The notes below the pieces were generated by a model, which saw nothing but the letters and a program-made list of their open reading frames with translations, was not told the origin of the DNA and searched no databases. A program made the translations under genes and the position numbers. 64,000 bases of DNA from Macrostomum lignano (taxonomy: Eukaryota): the NCBI GenBank assembly GCA_002269645.1, contig NIVC01000068.1, positions 372,001-436,000 of the forward strand, read 5' to 3'. Positions 24,113 through 34,951 of this stretch are shown here, piece after piece; position 1 is the stretch's first letter; each line of letters opens with the position of its first letter.

Positions 24113-24201
24113 CTGTCTGTCTGCCTGTCTGTCTGTCTGCCTGTCTGTCTGCATGTCTGTCTGTCTGCCTTTCTGTCTGTCTGTCTGTCTGCCTGCCTGC
24201 C

Positions 24202-24246
<45 letters not shown>

Positions 24247-24321
24247 GCCTGTCTGTCTGTCTGCCTGTCTGTCTGCATGTCTGTCTGTCTGCCTTTCTGT
24301 CTGTCTGTCTGTCTGCCTGCC

Positions 24322-24358
<37 letters not shown>

Positions 24359-24389
24359 GCCTTTCTGTCTGTCTGTCTGTCTGTCTGCC

Positions 24390-24420
<31 letters not shown>

Positions 24421-24495
24421 GTCCATCCGTCCGACTGTCTGTCTGTTTGTCTGTCTTAGTGTCTGTCTGCCTGTCTGTGTCTGTCTGTCTGTCTA

Positions 24496-24552
<57 letters not shown>

Positions 24553-24712
24553 GTGTGTGTGTGTCTGTCTGTCTATCTCTCTGCCTGTCTCTATCTGTCT
24601 GTCTCTGTGCATCCGTCCGACTTTCTGTCTGTCCGTTTGTCTGCCTGTCTGTCTTAGTATCTGTTTGTCTGTCTGTGTCTGTTTTAGTGTCTGTCTGCAT
24701 GTCTGTCTGTCC
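24113..24712. repeat. (TCTG)n compound microsatellite
   Basis: Imperfect tetranucleotide run directly after the UTP18 stop codon. Confidence 0.95.
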
Positions 24713-25371
24713 GCAGATGCGCCCCAATCCGTTTGAGGTCAGCAGAGCAGGCGGCAGGTGGTCGCGAATCACATCAAATCCCACAAGCATTTGTCGCCCA
24801 CTACCATACCGTGCCATGCCTAGGCCTCTTCTCTCTCATTTGCTCACGTTTTTCGCGTCTCCTAAACGCTGCAATTATCTCTCAGCAAGCATCCAAAGTG
24901 TGTTGGGTAAATCGTCAATGTTAAGTAGTGCCGTCTGTAAGCTTTGCCAGCTGTGCGCTCCGATTTTTTGCTTTCTAGCCAAAGAAGAGACGTCTGTTTC
25001 CTTATAGTCGTGAGCAGCTTATAGATGGAGGCCCAGATGCTATAGGACTCACTGTATTGCTTGTCTAACTGAGTAAAATATTCATAAATTGTAATGTCTT
25101 ATTGCGTTGCAATGAGTTGTGGAATCCGGTATCTCTTGATTTGTTATTTCTTTCTCCATTTTGCACTTTCAAAGGATTTTAAATGAAATCAGATTAGGTC
25201 AGACCAAGTCAGTAGCCGATCTGTCTGACCGGTACCTGCATTTGTCAGAGTGGCATTGATGATAATCATATAGTGTTGTAACGTTAGCATAGCGTCAAGT
25301 GAAGATTTCTCATAGTTATTATCAGCCATAGGGCTGCGTACTGTGACTTTCACTTTGTCTGCTTGGAATTA

Positions 25372-25570
25372 GAATCTCGGCTTGGCTCTGCTCATGGAAT
25401 TAGCGCCCTTGAGGGCCAACCCCCAAGGCACAGTGAAGTGTACATGCCTGACGATAAATAAAGTTAGGGCCGCTGTACACTCCTGTGTGAGTGTGTGCCT
25501 GCGCGTATGACTGCGTACGTATCCGCGCGCTTTCGTGCCTGCTCAGGGGAGTCGGCGGAATGGGCAGCAA
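25372..25570 (+). mobile_element. SINE-like family copy
   Basis: AATCTCGGCTTGGCT...TGAGGGCCAACCCCCAAGGCACAG (25410-25433)...CCTGTGTGAG...TCAGGGGAGTCGGCGGAATGGGC (25543-25565). Confidence 0.6.
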
Positions 25571-25986
25571 TGCCTCTCGCCGGTTGTGTGACAATGTTAA
25601 GTGCACACAGTCCCCTGTCTCTGATAAAAAAAGAAAAACATCTATTTTGTGCAGACTTCTGCAATTTCTGGATCAAATTCATCTGCTCTGAAGCCCAAAC
25701 CTATTTACTTACTTACAAGAGCATCATAGCTTTGAGAGTTGTGGCCTCTTAACTTCAAAGGAAGCCTAATATGCAGCATGTATCAGTTTTCTCATCCAAT
25801 TGGCAGCGTTGGCCTCCATCATCATATCGATTACTCCTACCTTAGTATTTGTTGAGCTGCAATTATCTTATTAAGTTCGCCTTCTTGGGCGTTGTCGCCA
25901 TTTTAGTGATCGATTGCTGCTGCTGAAAAATAATAGCCTAGAAGTCACGCAACGAAACAGGGGGTTAAACCAGGGTGAGGCATGTC

Positions 25987-28904
25987 TTGACTTACTTGAC
26001 TTAGCTGCAGGGCGGTCCGAAGACGCAGCGGGGAGGCGAGCGTCGCCCATTCCGCTAATCCCTGAAAGACCCGCATAGGCTAGGGCGCGGGGCCGGTCAG
26101 GGAGGTCTGCCGGTCCTGTCTGCAGCGTTGTCTTCGGTGGGGAAGACGGAGGCTCGCTTGGTGGCCCGGAGGAACCGGATGAGCCGTGGGATGTTCTCGG
26201 GCCGGCAAACGTCGTCCAGGGACGGGTTGGGCCCGAGGTGGTTGAGCCGGTCTCGGTTGAAGGCCGGGCAGTAGCAGACGAAGTGCTTGGCATCTTCATT
26301 CTCGAGGCTGCAGAAGGGGCAGAGTTCACTCCGGCGAACACATCGGAGGAAGCAGTGCCTGGCAAAGCAACCGTGACCTGTGAAGGTCATAGTGAGAGCG
26401 CGGATATCTTTTCGATTTTGATTCAAAAGGATTCTCCGCAGCTTGAGGGACGGATTGGGCACTGCCGCACGAGATTGGCGGCAGTTGGAGATACCATCCC
26501 ATCTGCGCAAGTGCAGGATGTCCGCCCAGTCGTTAATCTGACGATTAATGACTGTGGCGGGGATGGGGGCCAGGGGCACGGGGCCAAGGGGCGAGCCGGA
26601 ACAGCCCGCCTTAGCGAGGGAGTCGGCGAGCTCGTTACCTTTGAAGCCGGCGTGTCCTGGGATCCACGTGAGCCGGACGGTGTTCCTCCGAGCCAGCTTG
26701 TTGAGCTGCCCGATACAGTCGCGGACTGTTCGGGAGTTCGTAGTGGTGTGACACAGGGCCTGTAAAGCGGCCTGGCTGTCAGAGTGGAAGAAGATTCTTC
26801 TGTCCTTGAAGTCCTTGCAGTGGAGCTCAGCTGCACAGGAGCTGATGGCAAGGACTTCATTCTGGAAGACGCTGGAGAGTCTGCCAGTGTGTTGGGCGTG
26901 AGTAGCAATCACGCGGCCGTTGATAAGGATACAGACTCCAAAGCCGGATAAACCGTCTTTGGAGGATCCGTCAGTGAAGCAGTGAACCTCCTGAGGGGCC
27001 CAGCTGTCGTTGGCGTTCTCACTGGAGGGGATCGTGACCTTGAAGCGTTGGTAGAGATTGAGGGAGCGCGGTTCAGCGTCCGAAAGGACAGCCGCACTCC
27101 CACTCTCCTCCAGAACTTTAAGGCACAGGTCAGAGTGCGGCAGGAGCTTGCGCTTCGCCATCGCTCTTTGTGGCTTGAAGCTAACACCAGCCTCGATGAG
27201 CCGGCGGGTGGTTTTAGCAGCCTCGCGACGGACAAAGATGTCCAGAGGCGGGAGGCAGAGAAAGGCGTTGAGGCCGTCAAAGGGAGCAGAGAGCGGGGCA
27301 TTCAGGATCATGCGGCACGCACGTCCCTGCACCTTTTTGAGGGCTTCGTGGCAGGTTTTAATCTGCAAGGCGCTGGTCCAGACCAGGCCGGCGTAAGTAA
27401 CGGCCGGTCGGACCATTGCGGTATAGATCCACCAGAGCCGCTTTGGGGTGAGGCCCCAGGTGGTGCCGACGGCTCTGCGCAGCTGCGCAAGAATCGCGAG
27501 GGCTTTTTTGGTTTTGGCCTGGACGTGGGTGGACCAGCTCAGCCGGTGGTCCAGCGTAACGCCGAGACACTTGGTTTGCTTGCAGGATGGAATTTCCACC
27601 CCGTAAAGCTTTAGTGGGCGAATACGCCAGTTTACCCTGCTGGTGAACATGATCGCGACAGTTTTGGTCTCGGAGAGCCTGAGGCCGCACCTGTCCGCCC
27701 AACGTTCAGCAGAGCGAATGAAGTTTTGCAAAAGATCTCTAAGGGTTTCAGGTGACGGTCCGGATGCCACGGCTGTGACATCATCGGCGTAAACGACCTT
27801 GAGGATGGGGTCAAGATGGCTGTCCTGGAGGAGCTCATCGATGACCATGTTCCAGAGAACTGGAGAGAGGACACCGCCCTGGGGGCTGCCTTTGCAGACG
27901 GTTACCGTCCGTTGGTGGCCCAACAGGTGTGCGGTGGCAGTACGGTGGCTGATCATATACATGATCCACCGGGTGAGGTGCGAGTGGGTTCCTCTAGCAC
28001 GTAGAGCTCTGTCAAAAGCCTCAAAGAGGACGTTATCAAAGGCTCCAACAATGTCGAGGAAGACAGCGAGAGCGTAGCCATTACCAAGAACGGCTTTCTC
28101 CAGCATGTCAACCAGAACGTGAAGCGCGCTCTCCGTGGACCTGCCTGCCCGAAAGGCATGCTGGTTCTCACTGAGCGGCTTGTTCTTCAGTTCCACAGAG
28201 AGGAGGCGCCAGAGCACCAGTCTCTCTAACAGCTTCACCAATGAGGAGGTGAGGCTAATTGGTCTGAAGGATTTAATGGACCGGTAGTCCGGTCGGCCAG
28301 GCTTGGGGATAAAGACCACCTTGGCCTCGGTCCAGGATTTCGGAACAAAGCCGAGCACAATGCAAGCTTTCAGAAGCCGGCAAAGGTTCCGCAGGAAACC
28401 GGTGCATTTCACCGCCTCCCGCAGGAAGGCTGGCACAACGCCGTCCGGTCCTGGGGATTTGAAGGGTTTGAAGGAGGAGACAGCTTTAGTAACGCGGTCC
28501 TCCGTGATGATTGAGTCAGCCAGTGCGTGTCCGCCCACTGAGTGGTCAGGGGGGTCGGGCCTGGCTGGCTCGTTCGGGAAAAACGCTGTTAGCATCGCTT
28601 CCAGTGTTTCTCCTGGGTTCTCAGTGAGCGAGCCGTCGGCTCTCTTGACTGAGGAGAGTTTGGACATTTTGTCCAGGGTGAGGGCTTTAACGATTCTGGA
28701 GGTGGGGCGGGAGCCCTCAAATTCCTCACAGAATTCGCGCCACTTGTTGGTTTTGGCGTTCCTAACCTGCCTCTTGAACTCGTGGATGGAGTTCAGGTAG
28801 GCGGTTTGGTCGGCCGGGTTTTTAGTTTTTTTGGGCCCTGCGGTGAAGCCTTTTGGCTCTGCGACGGAGGTCGCCAAGCTGCGGGTTCCACCATGGGGCC
28901 GACT
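25987..28904 (-). mobile_element. 5'-truncated non-LTR retrotransposon with RNase H (R1/LOA/I-group-like)
   Basis: Exact 12-bp TSD GTGAGGCATGTC at 25975-25986 and 28905-28916; short TAAGTCAAG-type tandem 3' tail; no endonuclease domain, consistent with truncation. Confidence 0.92.
26097..28904 (-). CDS. LINE ORF2 remnant: RT, RNase H and C-terminal Cys/His motif
   Basis: KSPGPDG, FRPISL, QHAFRAGRST, LDIVGAFD, GSPQGGVLSP, YADD; RNase H FTDGS, SDSQAAL, WIPGHAGFKGNELAD; TGHG...CPFC...H..C.CP. A +1 frameshift in an A7 run near 28826-28832 separates the upstream PWW motif. Confidence 0.9.
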   Translation of the reverse strand, partial: SRPHGGTRSLATSVAEPKGFTAGPKKTKNPADQTAYLNSIHEFKRQVRNAKTNKWREFCEEFEGSRPTSRIVKALTLDKMSKLSSVKRADGSLTENPGETLEAMLTAFFPNEPARPDPPDHSVGGHALADSIITEDRVTKAVSSFKPFKSPGPDGVVPAFLREAVKCTGFLRNLCRLLKACIVLGFVPKSWTEAKVVFIPKPGRPDYRSIKSFRPISLTSSLVKLLERLVLWRLLSVELKNKPLSENQHAFRAGRSTESALHVLVDMLEKAVLGNGYALAVFLDIVGAFDNVLFEAFDRALRARGTHSHLTRWIMYMISHRTATAHLLGHQRTVTVCKGSPQGGVLSPVLWNMVIDELLQDSHLDPILKVVYADDVTAVASGPSPETLRDLLQNFIRSAERWADRCGLRLSETKTVAIMFTSRVNWRIRPLKLYGVEIPSCKQTKCLGVTLDHRLSWSTHVQAKTKKALAILAQLRRAVGTTWGLTPKRLWWIYTAMVRPAVTYAGLVWTSALQIKTCHEALKKVQGRACRMILNAPLSAPFDGLNAFLCLPPLDIFVRREAAKTTRRLIEAGVSFKPQRAMAKRKLLPHSDLCLKVLEESGSAAVLSDAEPRSLNLYQRFKVTIPSSENANDSWAPQEVHCFTDGSSKDGLSGFGVCILINGRVIATHAQHTGRLSSVFQNEVLAISSCAAELHCKDFKDRRIFFHSDSQAALQALCHTTTNSRTVRDCIGQLNKLARRNTVRLTWIPGHAGFKGNELADSLAKAGCSGSPLGPVPLAPIPATVINRQINDWADILHLRRWDGISNCRQSRAAVPNPSLKLRRILLNQNRKDIRALTMTFTGHGCFARHCFLRCVRRSELCPFCSLENEDAKHFVCYCPAFNRDRLNHLGPNPSLDDVCRPENIPRLIRFLRATKRASVFPTEDNAADRTGRPP

Positions 28905-29057
28905 GTGAGGCATGTCAGTTCTTAGATAGCTAATAATGCCAGCTAATCTTTTCATTGGAAACAAACCTTTACTTAGTTATCGGAACCGCCAATAAAAGAA
29001 ACAACGCTTGATTCTCTTTATCTCTTTCTGCTCGCTATGGAAACCGATTCCCCCCCC

Positions 29058-29167
29058 CCAGCATTAGCGAGGTCCCGATTCTCTGCAGAGTCCCAGCATT
29101 AGCGAGGTCCCGATTCTCTGCAGAGTCCCAGCATTAGCGAGGTCCCGATTCTCTGCAGAGTCCCAGC
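29058..29167. repeat. 35-bp tandem repeat, 3 copies (CCCAGCATTAGCGAGGTCCCGATTCTCTGCAGAGT)
   Basis: Identical head-to-tail copies with no spacers. Confidence 0.9.
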
Positions 29168-29260
29168 AGTCTGCATACACTGCTCCGTTCCCTCTGCATA
29201 GTCTCAATTCGCAACTTTGCAATTTGTCAAGTCTGCTACTAAAGATGTCTCGAATATTTC

Positions 29261-29734
29261 ATGCAAACAATCAGCGGCTCGTTCAGCGCCGCAGGTGGCG
29301 CCAGCAGCAGCGACAGTCCTCTGCGCCGCCTCATCACCCGGCAGGACTGCGTGGACGCGGCCCAGGCGCTGCTGTGCAAACTGGGCGGCGCAATGCGAAT
29401 CAGCGACGCCAGCAACACGACTACAACAACCGCCACCACATCTGACGAGGAAGACGACTTGGAAGACTGTTCATCGTCTGTGTCTATTAACTCGGCCTAT
29501 AGGCGGCATTCTTTTGATACTCAATCGTCCAGCTTGTCTCTGTCCTCGTCTGGAGCTGGTCGTCAGCAGTCGGGTCGGCACAGGCGAAAGCAGAAACGGC
29601 ATCTGCTCAGGGTAGGGAGAATGCTTGCAGTCAGTCAGTCCGTCAGTCAGAACTGCTGTGCACCCTGTTGTGAGCGTACATTGTTATCCCAAGCTTTGTG
29701 GGGGTCATCCTGGTCACAAACCTGTTTCAGATGA
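29261..29734 (+). CDS. Possible short gene or exon, unknown Ser/Asp-rich protein
   Basis: ATG-initiated, GC-rich 157-aa ORF with coding-like composition (DCVDAAQALLCKLGG; DEEDDLED); possible donor near 29611; no recognisable family. Confidence 0.3.
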   Translation: MQTISGSFSAAGGASSSDSPLRRLITRQDCVDAAQALLCKLGGAMRISDASNTTTTTATTSDEEDDLEDCSSSVSINSAYRRHSFDTQSSSLSLSSSGAGRQQSGRHRRKQKRHLLRVGRMLAVSQSVSQNCCAPCCERTLLSQALWGSSWSQTCFR

Positions 29735-30082
29735 GCAGTCCATATACAAGTAGTATTCCTTCATCCATGGAGTGCGTGCTACGACTGTGAGACATTCAGG
29801 CAGTGTCGGCTGTGCACCCTGTGTGAGCGCGTGCTGCTGCTTCGGCTCGGCTGTCGCCTTGGATTTGTGAAAGCGCCCACCGCTCCACTGCAAACCTTAT
29901 AACTAACTACATGTAATGCGTGCAAAGTTGCTTTACTTGAAAAATTGGTAATTTTATTTGAATCTCATTTATTTCTCACCCGCAAGATGAGATGAAGAGA
30001 TCCGTCTCCGACTTATCGCGTGCCCAGAAGTCTCTGCCTAGATTCCATTCCTAGAGCAGTGCTCAAACCTTTGAATCTTTGA

Positions 30083-30111
30083 TTTCCCCGTCTTGGTAGT
30101 TCTACTGTTAA
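30083..30111. mobile_element. Solo terminus of the TTAA foldback family
   Basis: TTTCCCCGTCTTGGTAGTTCTACTG|TTAA matches the right end of the 12023-12845 element. Confidence 0.6.
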
Positions 30112-30143
30112 ATTTGAGTCATCTTTGGGAATTCGGATCCGGG

Positions 30144-30659
30144 ATGCCAAATGGTCTCTCTCTGATTTACGCCAAACAGGGCGGCCAGCAGCGAGCGTCT
30201 GTCCCGAGGCCAGCTCTGCCAGACTCAATTCTGGCTCACATTCTGTCATTCACCGATCCGGCTACTAAACTAGTCATTCTTGAGGGCGTGCCGGAGCTCC
30301 GCGATCTGGTATTCCTGCACAGCGTCTGGCGTAGCGACCTGATTGATTTGTCATTTTTAACCTACGACAGCGCCGTGTACCGCCGCAGTGTCCTGCGTCA
30401 CGGTATGAAACTTCTAATGCGTATGGGCCGCTACCTGAGACACCTCCGGCTGACGGTTACTAATGATCATTTCTATCCGGCTGCCAGGCTCAACCACGCG
30501 CTGCTGCGCACTGTTATCGCATTCTGTCCGTCTGTGCACACTCTACAATTAGTTGTCAAATGGAGCGAAGATGTTGGCGGCAATATTGAAGAATTAGACT
30601 CTGATACAGATTGTCTACTGCAACTGCTTGACTGCCTGCTGTCTCGATGCGGAGGACAG
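30144..30659 (+). CDS. F-box/LRR protein exon 1
   Basis: F-box LPDSILAHILSF...VPELRDLV...VWR followed by LRR-like LRHLRL and CPSVHTLQL; donor CAG|GTGCGA. Confidence 0.8.
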
Positions 30660-30684
30660 GTGCGAAGAAAATAACTGTGGTGCC

Positions 30685-30790
30685 TACGCAGCCATGAAGG
30701 CCAACCCCCAAGGCACAGATACTGTACATACCTGGCGATTAGAAAGTCGGGGGCGCTGTGCTCAGAGGAGTCTGCGGAATGGGCAGAATT
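30685..30790 (+). mobile_element. SINE-like family copy
   Basis: GCAGCCATGAAGGCCAACCCCCAAGGCACAG...CCTGGCGATTAGAAAG...TCAGAGGAGTCTGCGGAATGGGC. Confidence 0.55.
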
Positions 30791-31059
30791 ACTAGCAGTT
30801 AGAGAATGCTGGCCACCCAAATGCATTTATTATATGCATGCCATTGTGAAAATATCCTCATTGAGGCATAACGCTTTATTATTCAATGTGTCTCTTATAT
30901 CTTCCTCTTATATAGTGGGTTTGATTTAGACTGTTTGCACTATAGGTAGGTATTAGGATATTTTATCAAGTCTTTCTATACGAGAAAAAACTATAAATCC
31001 AAAAAATGAAATCCTCCTTTCACGCAAGTCCTCCATTCACATCCTTCATATTACACCAC

Positions 31060-31840
31060 TTCACTCATTTAACAGAGCCTTCCTATCACACCACTCCTTT
31101 CACAGAGCCTTCCTATCACAGCACTCATTTCACAGAGCCTTCCTATCACAGCACTCCTTTCACAGAGCCTTCCTATCACAGCACTCCTTTCACAGAGCCT
31201 TCCTATCACACCACTCCTTTCACAGAGCCTTCCTAATCCTATCACAGCACTCCTTTCACAGAGCCTTCCTATCACGCCACTCCTTTCACAAAGCCTTCCT
31301 ATCACAGCACTCCTTTCACAGAGCCTTCCTATCACGCCACTCCTTTCACAAAGCCTTCCTATCACACCACTCCTTTCACAAAGCCTTCCTATCACAGCAC
31401 TCCTTTCACAGAGCCTTCCTATCACAGCACTCCTTTCACAGAGCCTTCCTATCACAGCACTCCTTTCACAGAGCCTTCCTATCACAGCACTCCTTTCACA
31501 AAGCCTTCCTATCACAGCACTCCTTTCACAAAGCCTTCCTATCACAGCACTCCTTTCACAGAGCCTTCCTATCACGCCACTCCTTTCACAAAGCCTTCCT
31601 ATCACACCACTCCTTTCACAAAGCCTTCCTATCACACCACTCCTTTCACAGAGCCTTTCTATCACACCACTCCTTTCACAAAGCCTTCCTATCACACCAC
31701 TCCTTTCACAGAACCTTCCTTTCACACCACTCCTTTCACAGAGCCTTCCTATCACACCACTCCTTTCACAAAGCCTTCCTATCACACCACTCCTTTCACA
31801 AAGCCTTCCTATCACACCACTCATTTCACAGACCCTTTCA
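31060..31840. repeat. 30-bp minisatellite ACTCCTTTCACAGAGCCTTCCTATCACAGC (F-box intron 1)
   Basis: About 26 tandem copies. Confidence 0.95.
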
Positions 31841-32054
31841 CACTACTCCTTTCACGGAGCCTATCACGCTACCGGATGTAGACAGCTAGAAACCGTAGTG
31901 AAATATTAGTCGCCCTAGGATCGCTACGTGAAAAGCGCACTATAAAAAAACCGGCTTTATCAGGGCGACGATTCGATCAGAATAAAGTCGGGAGCTGCAT
32001 TAAGTTTCAAAATCAATATGCGATAATTTGAATGATTTGAATGATTTGAATGAG

Positions 32055-32375
32055 GTGAGCGTGAACTGCTCGCATAGCAGCCTGGCAGTCACCTGCGCTA
32101 TCGCCAGATGCCTGCACAATCGGATACCGGAGCGCTGTCTATCTCTGCAGTGCGTGCCATTTTTTAAACCGCACAGCCCAGCGGAAGCGTCACGCTTGCC
32201 TAAGCTGACGCCCCGGCTAGCGGACCGGCTGACTTCGCTGCGGCACCTCACAGTCAGCTATCTGTGGAATAATGTGCACGAGACTGCGCTAATGCGGCTG
32301 GCTACTAGGGGCTGCCTGACTAGTCTGACAGTTGATACCGGATTTATGTCGCGGTATCAGCATCACAGCCATTGG
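32055..32375 (+). CDS. F-box/LRR protein exon 2 (5' boundary uncertain)
   Basis: LTSLRHLTVSY and CLTSLTVD are LRR-like; donor TGG|GTAAAT is phase 0; the only phase-0 acceptor I found is an atypical GAG. Confidence 0.65.
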
Positions 32376-32419
32376 GTAAATTGCTTCTTTGTGCACTATA
32401 AATATTACCCTTAGGGCAC

Positions 32420-34910
32420 TAAGACACTGGCACTAGGGCACTGACACTAAGCCACTGACACTAAGGCACTGACACTAAGCCACTGACACTAAGGCACTGA
32501 CACTAAGCCACTGACACTAAGGCACTGACACTAAGCCACTTTCACTAAGCCACTGACACTAAGGCACTGACACTAAGCCACTCACACTAAGCCACTCACA
32601 CTAAGCCACTTTCACTAAGCCACTGACACTAAGCCACTGACACTAAGGCACTAGCACTAAGCCACTGACACTAAGCCACTCACACTAAGCCACTCACACT
32701 AAGCCACTCACACTAAGCCACTCACACTAAGCCACTCACACTAAGCCACTGACACTAAGCCACTGACACTAAGGCACTGACACTAAGGCACTGACACTAA
32801 GCCACTCACACTAAGCCACTGACACTAAGCCACTGACACTAAGCCACTCACACTAAGCCACTGACACTAAGCCACTGACACTAAGCCACTCACACTAAGC
32901 CACTGACACTAAGCCACTGACACTAAGGCACTGACACTAAGCCACTCACACTAAGCCACTGACACTAAGCCACTGACACTAAGCCACTGACACTAAGCCA
33001 CTCACACTAAGCCACTGACACTAAGCCACTGACACTAAGGCACTGACACTAAGCCACTGACACTAAGCCACTGACACTAAGGCACTGACACTAAGCCACT
33101 GACACTAAGGCACTGACACTAAGCCACTCACACTAAGCCACTCACACTAAGCCACTGACACTAAGCCACTCACACTAAGCCACTGACACTAAGCCACTGA
33201 CACTAAGCCACTGACACTAAGCCACTGACACTAAGGCACTGACACTAAGCCACTCACACTAAGCCACTGACACTAAGCCACTGACACTAAGGCACTGACA
33301 CTAAGCCACTGACACTAAGCCACTCACACTAAGCCACTGACACTAAGGCACTGACACTAAGCCACTGACACTAAGCCACTGACACTAAGGCACTGACACT
33401 AAGCCACTCACACTAAGCCACTGACACTAAGCCACTGACACTAAGCCACTCACACTAAGCCACTCACACTAAGCCACTGACACTAAGCCACTGACACTAA
33501 GCCACTCACACTAAGCCACTGACACTAAGCCACTGACACTAAGCCACTGACACTAAGCCACTGACACTAAGGCACTGACACTAAGCCACTCACACTAAGC
33601 CACTGACACTAAGCCACTGACACTAAGGCACTGACACTAAGCCACTCACACTAAGCCACTGACACTAAGCCACTGACACTAAGCCACTGACACTAAGCCA
33701 CTCACACTAAGCCACTGACACTAAGCCACTGACACTAAGCCACTGACACTAAGGCACTGACACTAAGCCACTGACACTAAGCCACTGACACTAAGGCACT
33801 GACACTAAGCCACTGACACTAAGGCACTCACACTAAGCCACTCACACTAAGCCACTCACACTAAGCCACTGACACTAAGCCACTCACACTAAGCCACTGA
33901 CACTAAGCCACTGACACTAAGCCACTGACACTAAGCCACTGACACTAAGCCACTGACACTAAGGCACTGACACTAAGCCACTCACACTAAGCCACTGACA
34001 CTAAGGCACTGACACTAAGCCACTGACACTAAGCCACTGACACTAAGGCACTGACACTAAGGCACTGACACTAAGCCACTCACACTAAGCCACTGACACT
34101 AAGCCACTGACACTAAGGCACTGACACTAAGCCACTGACACTAAGGCACTGACACTAAGCCACTCACACTAAGCCACTGACACTAAGCCACTGACACTAA
34201 GCCACTCACACTAAGCCACTGACACTAAGCCACTGACACTAAGCCACTGACACTAAGTCACTCACACTAAGCCACTGACACTAAGCCACTGACACTAAGG
34301 CACTGACACTAAGCCACTGACACTAAGCCACTGACACTAAGGCACTGACACTAAGCCACTCACACTAAGCCACTGACACTAAGCCACTCACACTAAGCCA
34401 CTGACACTAAGCCACTGACACTAAGGCACTGACACTAAGCCACTGACACTAAGCCACTGACACTAAGGCACTGACACTAAGCCACTGACACTAAGGCACT
34501 GACACTAAGCCACTCACACTAAGCCACTCACACTAAGCCACTGACACTAAGCCACTCACACTAAGCCACTCACACTAAGCCACTGACACTAAGCCACTGA
34601 CACTAAGCCACTGACACTAAGCCACTGACACTAAGCCACTGACACTAAGCCACTGACACTAAGCCACTGACACTAAGGCACTGACACTAAGCCACTCACA
34701 CTAAGCCACTGACACTAAGCCACTGACACTAAGGCACTGACACTAAGCCACTGACACTAAGCCACTCACACTAAGCCACTGACACTAAGGCACTGACACT
34801 AAGCCACTGACACTAAGGCACTGACACTAAGCCACTCACACTAAGCCACTGACACTAAGCCACTGACACTAAGCCACTCACACTAAGCCACTCACACTAA
34901 GCCACTGACA
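32420..34910. repeat. 14-bp minisatellite CACTGACACTAAGC (F-box intron 2)
   Basis: About 175 copies with G/C variants fill the intron. Confidence 0.97.
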
Positions 34911-34951
34911 CGAAGACTCTGATAATTTTTATTTATTCCTAAATCCCGCAG

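Noticed and set aside
23694-25007. Long ORFs made of TDRQ or SVCL repeats (also at 49068-49571 and 54899-55715)
   Set aside because: Translations of the stop-free (TCTG)n microsatellite.
26238-28800. Several 100-210-aa plus-strand ORFs
   Set aside because: Antisense shadows of the GC-rich LINE ORF with no domain motifs.
28905-28964. N-terminal 20 aa of the 955-aa RT ORF
   Set aside because: Lies in the TSD and host flank, outside the element; not part of the native ORF2.
29058-29167. 35-bp repeats with an internal palindrome (CTCTGCAGAG), CRISPR-like in length
   Set aside because: Head-to-tail with no spacers, no cas genes, and a eukaryotic context.
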